IMG/VR virus record: IMGVR_UViG_3300010163_000004
Span: 8,935 to 72,934 of that record
Length of the DNA stretch: 64,000 bases
From: a virus
Lineage: Duplodnaviria; Heunggongvirae; Uroviricota; Caudoviricetes
Direction: 5' to 3' (one strand)
The position numbers and the translations under genes are program-made. The notes under the pieces were generated by a model. It searched no databases. It was given only the letters and a program-made list of their open reading frames with translations, and was not told the origin of the DNA. Below, piece after piece: positions 35,195 through 45,214 of the stretch (within the stretch, counting starts at the first letter, position 1; each line of letters opens with the position of its first letter).

Positions 35195-36118
35195 TTAAAA
35201 TTTTCCATCATTAGGTTGTAAGCAAATTAAACCTTCATCTCGCCACATGCTAACACATTTAGCATTATCCTCAAGGACAAAAGGTATATAGAATTTACCT
35301 TTAATATTGTCCTCATATAGCTTCTTCTTGCATATAGGTCCCGCTACAAAATCATTAGCTGGCCGCATTAGGAGCATATCAGGATATAAATTGTTGTTTT
35401 CTAACCATTCCTCAGTAGCCTTACGAATTTCTAGAGTATCCTCTCTACCAGTTAGTATTATTAACTCGGCTGGATAACTATTACAGAAGTTTCTAATAAG
35501 TTCTATTATAGGAATTACTGGCTCATCAGTAAGCATACCTTCAGCTGCTCCTTTTCCGTAAAACGGACGACCATTAGTATTCAAACATACAGTAGCATCC
35601 ATATCTACTATAATAGCTGCTGGTAAATTGGTATCTTGAACTAACATTTTGGCCTTAGCTGCCATAATCTCTTCATGAATTATAAAATCCTTATAGCGAT
35701 TCCAGGTTTGTTTAATTACTTTCTCACCAATAGGATTAGGTCTCATGGCGTCACGTCTAATACATTCATCCACTGGGGTCCAGAAGTCCTTATACTCAAT
35801 ATTAACATGAACGCCTGTATCCTTCTCTATATTAGTACACAGAGTTCTAATCCACTGGTCTTCTTTGGGATTAAGATTCATATTATCAACTACTACATCA
35901 TATCCATTAATAAGGGCAAACGTTATCATGTTTGCCTTAACTTCAGTAACAAGTTTTTCTCTACTAGGAATCCAATAGTCTCCCAACATGTTACGAATGT
36001 CGTCATTATTGAATCTTACTCTATGTTCTGAATCTTCATGACACCACTGTTTAGCCCAAGTTGACTTCCCCGAACCAGGAATCCCACGACAAATAATTAA
36101 TTTTCTTATTTCTTTCAT
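35195..36118 (-). CDS. Polynucleotide 5'-kinase/3'-phosphatase (T4 PNK-like)
   Basis: LIICRGIPGSGKSTWAK P-loop, NNDDIR, VVDNMN, HAD domain IVDMDAT, TGR, LEDN. Start moved to ATG 36118 (ATGA overlap). Confidence 0.9.
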   Translation of the reverse strand: MKEIRKLIICRGIPGSGKSTWAKQWCHEDSEHRVRFNNDDIRNMLGDYWIPSREKLVTEVKANMITFALINGYDVVVDNMNLNPKEDQWIRTLCTNIEKDTGVHVNIEYKDFWTPVDECIRRDAMRPNPIGEKVIKQTWNRYKDFIIHEEIMAAKAKMLVQDTNLPAAIIVDMDATVCLNTNGRPFYGKGAAEGMLTDEPVIPIIELIRNFCNSYPAELIILTGREDTLEIRKATEEWLENNNLYPDMLLMRPANDFVAGPICKKKLYEDNIKGKFYIPFVLEDNAKCVSMWRDEGLICLQPNDGKF

Positions 36119-36438
36119 AATACAATCTCCTCTCCATAGATTTCTCCACCATAACTCTCCCACTCTTCTTCATCACCTATAAACTCTTCTATGCAGAAGC
36201 TATAGTAATTACATTCATCGATCTTTTTCCATAATTCATCCCAATCCCCCTCTTCCATTTTATCTGGGTCATAACCTTCTTCCTCAGCTATGTCCTCGTC
36301 ATGACCATAAGAATAGAAGTTGTCATAAGCTAATTGCTCCGCTAAATCCCATAGTTCTGACTCAGATTCAGTAACTGCTCTAAACGTATCCTCTTCCCCA
36401 CACCAATGGGTAGAAACATGAATTAAAAACTTCTTCAT
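36115..36438 (-). CDS. Acidic hypothetical protein
   Basis: 107-aa ORF. Confidence 0.75.
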   Translation of the reverse strand: MKKFLIHVSTHWCGEEDTFRAVTESESELWDLAEQLAYDNFYSYGHDEDIAEEEGYDPDKMEEGDWDELWKKIDECNYYSFCIEEFIGDEEEWESYGGEIYGEEIVL

Positions 36439-36452
36439 ATTTTTAGTTTTTG

Positions 36453-36908
36453 TTAATTAGAATCAATTTTATCTTCATACTTTCTCAATTTATTTGCCAG
36501 CTCACAAATTCTATTAATCAATTCTTTGTTTGTTTTAGCTAATTTAGCATTCTTCTTATTAAGAGCTTTATTTTGCTTCCTAAGTTCATAATTATCTCTT
36601 TCTATAGAATATCTAATCCAAGTATTGTTGTCTGTTGGAATTTCAAAATTATTATGAATTATAACAGAATTAAGCTTATTTACCTCTTTTTGCAAGTTCT
36701 TAATTCTTCCATTTAACTCTTTTAATTTTTTAGCCCTCTTGTCAGTATCTTCTAGTTCCTCAACATAAGAACGAAGCTCTCCCAATTCTTGGAGAGCTTT
36801 TGAATAATAATTCTTACGTTCTATATCATATTTTTGAAATTCACTAATAACTTTTCTTAGATTTGCTATTTCTGCATCTTTCGAATCAAATAGGTCTTTA
36901 TTTAACAT
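36453..36908 (-). CDS. Coiled-coil hypothetical protein
   Basis: 151-aa heptad-rich ORF. Confidence 0.75.
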   Translation of the reverse strand: MLNKDLFDSKDAEIANLRKVISEFQKYDIERKNYYSKALQELGELRSYVEELEDTDKRAKKLKELNGRIKNLQKEVNKLNSVIIHNNFEIPTDNNTWIRYSIERDNYELRKQNKALNKKNAKLAKTNKELINRICELANKLRKYEDKIDSN

Positions 36909-37279
36909 GAGAAGTATTTTTCATATTCTTGTAATTTCTTTTCTTCAAACGCAGCAAGAGATTGATCAAGCACATTTAGCACATTAGCATATTCTAACCT
37001 ATTCTCAAAATCAGGAACTTTATATGTTCTATAAGGAGTTACAATAGTAAATAATAAATGATCCTCAATATCTACATTTAAATCCCAAAAAAAGGTACTA
37101 TCATCACATGATTTTAATTTTAATGGCTTGTTATCCCTAACTGTCTCTTTACCTTTACATTCATTAAAATAAGAAATACTAATTTCATTATCAAATGTAA
37201 TAGTATTAGCATTAACGCATTCGATTTTCTCAGGAGAGTTAATCATCATCAAAAATAAATTCTTAATTCTTTCATTCAT
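36902..37279 (-). CDS. Hypothetical protein
   Basis: 125-aa ORF. Confidence 0.7.
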   Translation of the reverse strand: MNERIKNLFLMMINSPEKIECVNANTITFDNEISISYFNECKGKETVRDNKPLKLKSCDDSTFFWDLNVDIEDHLLFTIVTPYRTYKVPDFENRLEYANVLNVLDQSLAAFEEKKLQEYEKYFSC

Positions 37280-37335
37280 AATTCTTCTATAATTTTAGTT
37301 AATAGTTTTTTAATTCTTTTCAGACTAATTTAAAA

Positions 37336-39525
37336 TTAGTGAATCCAATGATCTGATACAGTAACATCTGCACCTAAAAATACATTAGGACAGAACGGTT
37401 TCCCTCCATCTATCATACACTTAACTAATACCTTAGATACTTCATCGGCAATAGACTCTGGGCATTCTAGATTAAACTCGTCATGGACTGGAACACACAT
37501 CTTAACAATGTTAAGGAGCTTATGCTCCTTAATCCAATTAAATAGTTTAATAGAGGAAAGTTTAAAACACATTGCTCCCCTGTTCTGAATACGATAATTG
37601 ATAGACTGCTTTTCAGATGCTGCTTTTCTCTGAAAATATCTCTTAACGTCTTGGACGGTATCACAGTCAGGAGAATCTCTCTTCATTTCTCTGTAATAAT
37701 TCCAGAACTCTGGGTCATTGAACTTCTTAGAAATCCGCCAGAGGTCATCAATATCATATATATGTGCTCTATGCTTAGTTATGGGATTTAACAAAATATA
37801 ACCATCCCTCATTACCGCCATTCTACAATAATCTTGATACTGTTTTACTCCAGGGAAACCCTTCATAAAGTTATCATAGATTTCTTGAGCTTCTGACAAC
37901 GGTAGACCCTTGTTATTGGCTATAGTATTTGCATCGCCTCCATAATTGATGGAAAATTCAATACCTTTAGCATCCTGTCTTTGGGCATGATATAATTTAG
38001 CTATATCCTCTATAGGGCAGTCTCTAGGGATAATATTCGGATAAGACATTTTAGCTACTAGACTATGAACATCCCCACAGCCGTGTTCAAATAGTTCAAT
38101 CATAGCCTCGTCCTTAGATACAGAAGCAATGATTCTACTTTCTTGAGACTGATAATCCGCAGAAATCCACTTATTACCTTTCTCTGCAGTAAAACATGCT
38201 CTAGTTTCCTTGTCATGAGGTAAATTCTGTAGATTAAGTTTATATACTCCTCCTCCAGAACTTACTCTAGCTGTATCAGCTCCTAGTGAGTGAAAATCTA
38301 CATGGATTCTTCCAGTCTTAGGGTTAATTGCCTTCAACCAGTTTTCCCCATAAGTAGAAACCACTTTTGCAGCTTCCTGATATTTTAGATAGATAGGAAT
38401 AATCGGGAAATCTTTAGCCTGTGGAGCTAGAAGCTTAGCTTCAACAGATTTCTTTTCCTTCTTAGTTTGCTTATCGAATGTCTTGACCTTAATTCCTAGT
38501 AATTCAAATAACTTAATAACTTGTTGAGCGCTATTCCAGTTAATTGTACACTTAGGCTTAGTATCAAAGCCATTAAATAAATCACCTTGATTATCTACCT
38601 TAGTAAATTGACTTATTACTCTTTTTCTATAAGCTTTAACCTTTCCGTCTGGTGTTTCAAGGTCTTCTTGAGGGCATCGGACATATTTCTCTTTTAGTAG
38701 TCTAGCTACTTCATTCTCTATTTCCATAAGGTTATAAAATTCCAGTTCTGGATATTTAATATCCCATCCGTCATGCTCATGTCTCTTTTCAGAATCCCAT
38801 TGAACTACCCAATCGTTTAGTTCTTGCTCAGCATCCTTCAGCTTAACAAGGTCTTTAGCCATCTTATTTCTCCATTTTACGACATCTAGATGAACGCCGC
38901 AATGCTTGAAATAAGCAAGACTCTTGATAAACTCACACTCAAGTTTCATAGCAAGATTTAATTCTTGCTTAGCAAGCTCTATTTCTTGTTTTTCTTTAAT
39001 GTCTTCTAGCCACATTACGTCTCCTGCAGCATAGACTACTACATCTTCAGTAAGACCATCATTTATAATCTTACCTCGAACAGATTTATCTAAGTCATAG
39101 TTTAGATAATTCCATGCAGCTGCTTTCAAACTCATTTCTCTTATATTAGCTGGATAGCCTAACCAAAGTAATTTCTCGGCAATCATACCATCCCAGATAT
39201 AATTTGGCCAAATATCCTGCACATATAAAAACCCTAAGTCAAACATTAAATTCCATCCAAGAAATACTCTATCAGACTCAAAATAATTCTTTATCTCAAC
39301 TTTCTCTTCTGCTGACATAGTTGTCCAGTCAAAGACAACTTGATTTTCTTTGCAACCTAGTTGCACAGTTAGTAACTCCTTAGTATGCGCATCTAATCCC
39401 TTAGTTTCAGTATCAAATTGAACTAAAGAAAGAGGCAACAATATTTTCATTGCCTCCTCGAAACTTACTTCTTTGTATTTCGTAGACCCAAATAAAGTTT
39501 TATTCCGACTTACTAAATAAATCAT
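37336..39525 (-). CDS. polA: Family A DNA polymerase with 3'-5' exonuclease
   Basis: FDTETKGLD (ExoI), ADYQSQESR (motif A), RQDAKGIEFSINYG (motif B), VHDE (motif C). Confidence 0.96.
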   Translation of the reverse strand: MIYLVSRNKTLFGSTKYKEVSFEEAMKILLPLSLVQFDTETKGLDAHTKELLTVQLGCKENQVVFDWTTMSAEEKVEIKNYFESDRVFLGWNLMFDLGFLYVQDIWPNYIWDGMIAEKLLWLGYPANIREMSLKAAAWNYLNYDLDKSVRGKIINDGLTEDVVVYAAGDVMWLEDIKEKQEIELAKQELNLAMKLECEFIKSLAYFKHCGVHLDVVKWRNKMAKDLVKLKDAEQELNDWVVQWDSEKRHEHDGWDIKYPELEFYNLMEIENEVARLLKEKYVRCPQEDLETPDGKVKAYRKRVISQFTKVDNQGDLFNGFDTKPKCTINWNSAQQVIKLFELLGIKVKTFDKQTKKEKKSVEAKLLAPQAKDFPIIPIYLKYQEAAKVVSTYGENWLKAINPKTGRIHVDFHSLGADTARVSSGGGVYKLNLQNLPHDKETRACFTAEKGNKWISADYQSQESRIIASVSKDEAMIELFEHGCGDVHSLVAKMSYPNIIPRDCPIEDIAKLYHAQRQDAKGIEFSINYGGDANTIANNKGLPLSEAQEIYDNFMKGFPGVKQYQDYCRMAVMRDGYILLNPITKHRAHIYDIDDLWRISKKFNDPEFWNYYREMKRDSPDCDTVQDVKRYFQRKAASEKQSINYRIQNRGAMCFKLSSIKLFNWIKEHKLLNIVKMCVPVHDEFNLECPESIADEVSKVLVKCMIDGGKPFCPNVFLGADVTVSDHWIH

Positions 39526-39760
39526 GTTGATAGATTTCGATGTTATTTATTTCAACATCTTTGGATTTGAACCTATTATAAATAGCTTCTTCAACTGCAC
39601 CTTTAATATCATCTTCATCTATTACTTCTACATCTACGAATAACCCTAATTCAACTCCTACTTCTACCTTAACCTTAGTAGGTAGTGGTTCATTGTAAGG
39701 TGCTCTAGGGTCATTAGCTGCACCCATTGGATAGTTATCTAAAGTCGTCATATGGGTCAT
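39500..39760 (-). CDS. Hypothetical protein
   Basis: NYPMGAANDPRAPYNE motif, a common phage small-protein pattern. Confidence 0.75.
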   Translation of the reverse strand: MTHMTTLDNYPMGAANDPRAPYNEPLPTKVKVEVGVELGLFVDVEVIDEDDIKGAVEEAIYNRFKSKDVEINNIEIYQHDLFSKSE

Positions 39761-40058
39761 AAGTTAAAGGATCAACTACTTCCCAATCATCTGCGTTTAT
39801 ATCTTCACCATTAAAAGGATAGTAAGTACAAGTCCTATCAGAAAAGTCATACATGATAAACTGGTCATGGTATATAATACCTACACCGTAACTACACATA
39901 AGAGCTTTCATATCATCAGGGATAGAACGCATGGCAGGTATTCCATCTCCAGAAATCATTGCAGGTATCTGCATAAATATCACCAGATTGCTCTGAAATA
40001 CTCTCCTTCTTACTACTTTTCCCTCTTGTAACTTAGACAATATTTCTCCGAATTTCAT
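39735..40058 (-). CDS. Hypothetical protein (DUF2829-like)
   Basis: MKFGEIL..LQEGKVVRR...F.QIPA...DINADDWEVV pattern. Confidence 0.6.
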   Translation of the reverse strand: MKFGEILSKLQEGKVVRRRVFQSNLVIFMQIPAMISGDGIPAMRSIPDDMKALMCSYGVGIIYHDQFIMYDFSDRTCTYYPFNGEDINADDWEVVDPLTYDPYDDFR

Positions 40059-40903
40059 TACATTAAATTTTTAAGTTGATTAGAAAATCTACGTCTTAAT
40101 TTAGCTAAAGCTCCCTCTTTCATCTGTCTTATTCTTTCTCCTCCAACACCGTACATATCAGCTATAATTTTAGGATTGACCGGAGCCATTCCTATACCAA
40201 ATAACATACAGATTAAATCATGCTCTCTAATTGTTAATTTTGAAAGTAGATTCTCTAGCTCTTTAGTTACGTAGCTTTTATTTACTTGTTCATCAAGGGG
40301 GTCTTCACCATCTGGAATAATATCACAGACTTGACTGTTTTCTTCATCTCCTCCTATGAAATCGTCCACAGAAACTAACTTATTAGAAAACTGTGCTAGA
40401 TAGTCAATTTGCTCCCTAGGAATATCAGTCATTTCCGATATTTCTTCGGAACTTGGATTTCTATCGTGCGATTGCAAGAATTTGTTAGTTGCATCGAGTA
40501 TACTTATTACCAATAATTGCTGAGACATCGGAAGACGAATTTCTCGTGCTTGCCAATATATAGAATTATAGATACTTTGTCTAATCCACCATACAGCATA
40601 TGACAAGAATGTAACTCCTCTTTCTAGGTCAAACTTATCAATAGCTTTCATTAGCCCCTCATTTCCACTAGAGATTAAATCCATTAAGGGAATACCTCTA
40701 TTCTGAAATTGCTTAGCGATGGTCACAACAAATCTAAGATTTGATTTTATGACCTGTTCTCTAGCAACATCATCTCCTTTTTGAGCCTCACAAATGAGAC
40801 GAGTTATCTCAGTACTATCTAAAATATTATATTTAGATATATCCCTGAGATAACTCGTCAACAGTGAGTCAGAACGGTCTGTGAAAATGATTTTTTTACT
40901 CAC
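40058..40903 (-). CDS. RNA polymerase sigma-70 factor resembling the Bacteroidota primary sigma (no region 1.1)
   Basis: NLRFVVTIAKQFQNRG, DLISSGNEGLMKAIDKFD, FLSYAVWWIRQSI, IRLP, region 4 ERIRQMKEGAL. Confidence 0.93.
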   Translation of the reverse strand: MSKKIIFTDRSDSLLTSYLRDISKYNILDSTEITRLICEAQKGDDVAREQVIKSNLRFVVTIAKQFQNRGIPLMDLISSGNEGLMKAIDKFDLERGVTFLSYAVWWIRQSIYNSIYWQAREIRLPMSQQLLVISILDATNKFLQSHDRNPSSEEISEMTDIPREQIDYLAQFSNKLVSVDDFIGGDEENSQVCDIIPDGEDPLDEQVNKSYVTKELENLLSKLTIREHDLICMLFGIGMAPVNPKIIADMYGVGGERIRQMKEGALAKLRRRFSNQLKNLM

Positions 40904-41138
40904 CTTCTTTTACAGCCTGAGCTTCTGAAATTTCATCTTTAGGAGCGTTAAGACCAATACGAATAGATAGTACTGATATATATGCTTCCATTGCTTTTAG
41001 TTGGGCGACTAGTAAGTCTTTATTAAGGTTGTCAACCTCCTTGAATTTATCCCCTAGGATAAAATCTCTAAGTTTGGTGGCACGTTCATTAACTTCGTTA
41101 AATTCTCCCAACATTCTTTGAAATACAGCTTGTTCCAT
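40896..41138 (-). CDS. crAss001_48-like small helical protein
   Basis: QRMLGEFNEVNERATKLRDFI...LLVAQLKAMEAYISVLSIRI pattern. Confidence 0.65.
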   Translation of the reverse strand: MEQAVFQRMLGEFNEVNERATKLRDFILGDKFKEVDNLNKDLLVAQLKAMEAYISVLSIRIGLNAPKDEISEAQAVKEGE

Positions 41139-41149
41139 TTGATTAATTT

Positions 41150-41302
41150 TTAATATTTACAAATGAATCTAGACCCGTAGGTTTCAAGGAAGTCCTTTTC
41201 TTCCTGTATTATCTCATAAATTCCAACTGTTACTAATGACAATACTAATCCTCCAAATATATAGACCAGAATAGTATTAAATATCCAAATATAAAGGTTC
41301 AT
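41150..41302 (-). CDS. Small membrane protein
   Basis: MNLYIWIFNTILVYIFGGLVLSLVTVGIY hydrophobic helix. Start moved to the in-frame ATG at 41302. Confidence 0.6.
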   Translation of the reverse strand: MNLYIWIFNTILVYIFGGLVLSLVTVGIYEIIQEEKDFLETYGSRFICKY

Positions 41303-41972
41303 AATTAATATCGTAAGAGTCATCGAGAATAGATACATTGGCGGTCTTTGTCTCGCCTGCATCTAGTAGCCAATGATTTCCTTCGTGGATATGTCCACAA
41401 AAAGCATACTTCGGTTTCTTATCTATAATAGCCTTAGCTAAGACCTCATTTCCCGCATTTATGGGAGTAGAACTCCACCTACCAGGCGGAATCGTACCAC
41501 AATCATTTAATGCGGGAGCATCATGACTAATCAATATATCGCAATTTCCTGGGATATGTGAATAGATTTCTTCCAGTTTCTCATCAGAATACATGAAAGC
41601 CCAATTACCAAATTCATGGCAGGCTGGAGTTCCATAAATTCTATATACCTTTCCTTCATCACTTAGATAGTCTAGATAAGAATTATCAAGAAATTCAGCT
41701 TTTCCTTCTGTAGGAAATTTAATCACAGAGTTATTCCAAAGAACATCTCTATTTTCAAAAACAAAATCATGGTTTCCGGCTGTAAATATTACTTTCTTAC
41801 ACGGCAACGATTTAATCCAATCTGCAAATACAGTCTTCAACCACTTCTCACACTGTGGCTTGTTTCTCTGCATATAAAGAGGGACAATATCTCCACATAT
41901 TAAAACAAGTTCACATGGCTCTATATAATCAATTAGAAATCCATGTAAATCACTTAATGTACATATCTTCAT
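41277..41972 (-). CDS. Metallophosphoesterase
   Basis: SDLHG, GDI, GNHD, SHD, GHIHE motifs. Confidence 0.9.
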   Translation of the reverse strand: MKICTLSDLHGFLIDYIEPCELVLICGDIVPLYMQRNKPQCEKWLKTVFADWIKSLPCKKVIFTAGNHDFVFENRDVLWNNSVIKFPTEGKAEFLDNSYLDYLSDEGKVYRIYGTPACHEFGNWAFMYSDEKLEEIYSHIPGNCDILISHDAPALNDCGTIPPGRWSSTPINAGNEVLAKAIIDKKPKYAFCGHIHEGNHWLLDAGETKTANVSILDDSYDINYEPLYLDI

Positions 41973-42265
41973 ATCTTATGAGCTAATCCGTAAACATTTT
42001 TAGTCCATCCATTCATATGCCCTTTGTTATTTCCAATAAGGCATCCTTTGTTTGAGTCTATCGCGTATACTTTATGAGTAACGCAAGCGCCTCTAACTTT
42101 ACAAAATACTACATCTCCCACTTTACATTCTTGCCACCTTATAGGAGTGACAAAATGCTTTTCATTACTCTTATACAGAGGGAGCATCGAATTTCCTGGC
42201 TCGCTTGTTATAAACGATTCACCAGCCTCCAATCTCTGTATCTTTCTCAGTGTGTTTGGATTCAT
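41969..42265 (-). CDS. S24/S26-family peptidase-like protein
   Basis: GNSMLP (Ser), GDVV, THKV (Lys), GNN. Confidence 0.7.
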   Translation of the reverse strand: MNPNTLRKIQRLEAGESFITSEPGNSMLPLYKSNEKHFVTPIRWQECKVGDVVFCKVRGACVTHKVYAIDSNKGCLIGNNKGHMNGWTKNVYGLAHKI

Positions 42266-42815
42266 CAGAATATTTATTTAGTCCTTCTCTAGTCATATTA
42301 GGTACTATACTAATGTAAACCTTTTCACCACCACGGTCACATGACCATATATGATTATCTACTACATAGCTTAAAGACTTATCATATCTAGTATAGTCTA
42401 GAATAGCTTCCCAAGTCGCGGAACTTCTAGTATAAGAGTCTTGATCTTTTTTATCAATCCAGTTAAATACCCATATTATATGATAATGTCTAAAAAAACA
42501 AATATTAATAAATGGATCCCATTCATGTCTTGGGAAATCGAATTTATCCTTCCAACCTAATGAAGAAAGCTGTATAGTTAATATTCTATTATAATAATTT
42601 CTATTAGCATAGAGTCCAAAGAACCATATATCCTTACCCATTATTAAGTGGGCTTTAGGTCGTTTGAAATATTTCCGAGCCTTCCACCAAGGATACAATG
42701 GATTACGATATTCGTTCCATCCTTTAGAGAAAGGCATCCTATGATTAAAAAAGTATGATAGTTGATATTTCAAACTACCATACTTATTACTACAAAAATA
42801 TTCTTTAAATGTCAT
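42219..42815 (-). CDS. Hypothetical protein
   Basis: 198 aa containing LGWKDKFDFPRHEWDP. Confidence 0.75.
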   Translation of the reverse strand: MTFKEYFCSNKYGSLKYQLSYFFNHRMPFSKGWNEYRNPLYPWWKARKYFKRPKAHLIMGKDIWFFGLYANRNYYNRILTIQLSSLGWKDKFDFPRHEWDPFINICFFRHYHIIWVFNWIDKKDQDSYTRSSATWEAILDYTRYDKSLSYVVDNHIWSCDRGGEKVYISIVPNMTREGLNKYSDESKHTEKDTEIGGW

Positions 42816-43158
42816 GTTTATTGAATTTTATAATATCATTAGATATAAAAACTCCTTCCATGTCACCAAATTTAGTACAGCTTTTGATTACTCCTTCTTT
42901 CCAAACTCTGATAAATTTAATAGCTTCGGCAGATTCTCCTATTAATCTATCATCAAAGACATCCTCTGTATATCCTCCATCTGGCAGTTTATACATAGTA
43001 ACTAGCTCTGGTCCTTCCCAAGGTCTAAAATCATCAAACATATGTAACCCATCCTTACTAGAATTTGCTATATATACTAACGTATCCTGCATATTTGGAA
43101 CATGCTTGAAGTTGTCAAAACAAATACAATTTCTGCCTTTATTTACAAATACATTCAT
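42805..43158 (-). CDS. Hypothetical protein
   Basis: 117-aa ORF. Confidence 0.7.
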   Translation of the reverse strand: MNVFVNKGRNCICFDNFKHVPNMQDTLVYIANSSKDGLHMFDDFRPWEGPELVTMYKLPDGGYTEDVFDDRLIGESAEAIKFIRVWKEGVIKSCTKFGDMEGVFISNDIIKFNKHDI

Positions 43159-44519
43159 TATGCTTCATCCTCTATATTAACTTCTCCCTTATCCAAAGAA
43201 GCTTGTTCTTTGTTCAAGAAAAGAAAACTCTTTAGCTTAAATGCCTCTGACTTCATATTCTCAATCTTAATAACCAGACCTTCATGAGGAACTTTGTTAT
43301 TACAAGACGGAGAATCTTTCTCCATGTAGAACCTAGAATCATTAGCTAACTTTTCCATGAAGTTTTCATTCCAATGTTCGTCCTCAGCTAATTCTGGATA
43401 CAAGTCTCTAGCATAGCCATAGTACCACTCGTTAACTGGAGTAAGACCCACTTTGGCACACCATTGTTGAACTTCCCTAGCACTAAATTCGTGAACTACT
43501 CCGTCTACGTTTGTAGTAGTTATACGATATACTCTTACCTTAAAATGTTTTTCTGAGATATATTCATTCAAAGGCAGAACACAACCATAATCATAGTTCT
43601 TTTGGATATAGCCACCATTAGGTAAGAAACCAACGATTTCATAATATGCAGTCATACCTTTAGACAAGCAAGGTTTAACTATTTTATCAGCTTCCGCCCA
43701 AACATCACACCCGTAGAATCCAGGAGTAACATTCTTATTATAGAACTGATTCTTTATTACTGTTCTAGAAGCATACAAATAGTCATACTTATTGAACTCT
43801 TCACCAGTAAGCCATTTAGCTATTTTCTGCTTCCAGTTCAGGTCTTGTTTACAAAGCACATAAGCTGATATACCAGAAGTTCCGTGAATTTTCTCAGTAA
43901 TACTGATTAAATCATTCGGATGAATTACATTAGGACATTTCTTAATAAGAATTGTGTCGTAGTGGAATCTAAATTGTTCATCAATGACCTTGCTGATTCC
44001 TCTGACCTTCTTCGTTTGGTTGTTACGTGGTGTGCCACCTTGTCCTTGCTGTCTCTTAGGGATGTACTTCTTGTTAATCCAAAATTCTTTGCCTTCATGT
44101 TCTACAATATCAAATTCAGTTCCTACTTCAATTTCTATCTCTTTATTAGTTACAGACATTATATAGTTTTGGAACTGTATAATAGGCATAATAAAACCTT
44201 CTGACAGTTCATTTTTAAGTCTAATAGCCTTAACTCTACCATTGTCTTCAAACATACCGGTTTGTTCTGGGTCGTTGTTCAATTCCTTATGTCTATACAA
44301 GTTGCAATACCTTAGAAAATCAGGATTAATGCAACAAGCAGTTGGGAAATAAACATACAATCCTGGCTGGGAATCAATGCCAGTAATAATGTTAAATCCA
44401 TCAATGGTGCAGCACTTAAGTCTAGTTACTTCTGGGTTACTATGTTGCCTAAAATTCTTAATTTCTACAATCTTTGCCAAATAATTGACATTAGCTTTCT
44501 TACTTTTTGATAACTTCAT
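43158..44519 (-). CDS. RNA ligase (Rnl2/DRB0094-like) with N-terminal OB-like domain
   Basis: ITEKIHGTS (motif I), YYEIVG, HEGLVIK, FKLKS. Confidence 0.85.
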   Translation of the reverse strand: MKLSKSKKANVNYLAKIVEIKNFRQHSNPEVTRLKCCTIDGFNIITGIDSQPGLYVYFPTACCINPDFLRYCNLYRHKELNNDPEQTGMFEDNGRVKAIRLKNELSEGFIMPIIQFQNYIMSVTNKEIEIEVGTEFDIVEHEGKEFWINKKYIPKRQQGQGGTPRNNQTKKVRGISKVIDEQFRFHYDTILIKKCPNVIHPNDLISITEKIHGTSGISAYVLCKQDLNWKQKIAKWLTGEEFNKYDYLYASRTVIKNQFYNKNVTPGFYGCDVWAEADKIVKPCLSKGMTAYYEIVGFLPNGGYIQKNYDYGCVLPLNEYISEKHFKVRVYRITTTNVDGVVHEFSAREVQQWCAKVGLTPVNEWYYGYARDLYPELAEDEHWNENFMEKLANDSRFYMEKDSPSCNNKVPHEGLVIKIENMKSEAFKLKSFLFLNKEQASLDKGEVNIEDEA

Positions 44520-44530
44520 TTCTTATATTT

Positions 44531-44857
44531 TTAAAATGGTTCCTCAGTAGTTTCTATAAATTCACACATAAAGTTAGCAAATACCTGAGCTTGTGCTTCA
44601 TCAAATTTGTTATTGTAAAAGAACTGAAAAACGTGAAATAACTCATGATAGAATGTATTCCTAAGCTGTTCATCACTTACAGAGACATCTCCCTCATATA
44701 CAGACTTTACTGTTCTAGCTAATTTAATGGTATTAGTAGCATCACAAAAATAACCGTAATCGTTATTCGGAAGAGAATCTTCTATGATTACGGCTATTTT
44801 TTGATTGGCTATTTTAAACTCGTCTGGTAGCTTTCCTCCATTATTCAATTTTATCAT
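44531..44857 (-). CDS. HExxH metallopeptidase-like protein
   Basis: TFYHELFHVF and DEAQAQ. Confidence 0.75.
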   Translation of the reverse strand: MIKLNNGGKLPDEFKIANQKIAVIIEDSLPNNDYGYFCDATNTIKLARTVKSVYEGDVSVSDEQLRNTFYHELFHVFQFFYNNKFDEAQAQVFANFMCEFIETTEEPF

Positions 44858-44999
44858 AATACAGACTGTATAGATTATTTAAACACTTTACAAATTCTCG
44901 TTTGTTTTCAAAGAGATTATCTACATCAGGAAGTTCTACTTTACACTTTCTTCCAGAATATTTAGCTTTCTTTAGAATATCGAATTTTTCGTATTTCAT
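44841..44999 (-). CDS. Small hypothetical protein, 52 aa, not in ORF track
   Basis: MKYEKFDILKKAKYSGRK..., ATGA overlap upstream. Confidence 0.6.
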   Translation of the reverse strand: MKYEKFDILKKAKYSGRKCKVELPDVDNLFENKREFVKCLNNLYSLYYDKIE

Positions 45000-45214
45000 C
45001 GTGTATCAAGTACAATAAAATTATCACACATTTTTATAACATTTACTTTAAGCCCTCCTTTCAAGGCGCGAGTATCGCACACTTCATATTTCTCTTCAAG
45101 AAGGACTGCATTCTCTTTGGTTATCTTTACCCAATAAACCCCGTTTTTCTGCTTAGAGCCATTCCAGATTAGATGATTAACTAGCCAAATATAGCGTTTT
45201 TCTACATCACTCAT
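44996..45214 (-). CDS. Hypothetical protein
   Basis: ATG 45214 (MSDVEKRY...) preferred over TTG 45220. Confidence 0.7.
   Translation of the reverse strand: MSDVEKRYIWLVNHLIWNGSKQKNGVYWVKITKENAVLLEEKYEVCDTRALKGGLKVNVIKMCDNFIVLDTR

Noticed and set aside
37316-37342. AT-only palindrome ACTAATT-TAA-AATTAGT (about 37324-37340) spanning the polA stop as a terminator
   Set aside because: The stem is weak with almost no G-C pairs and is plausible by chance in AT-rich DNA.
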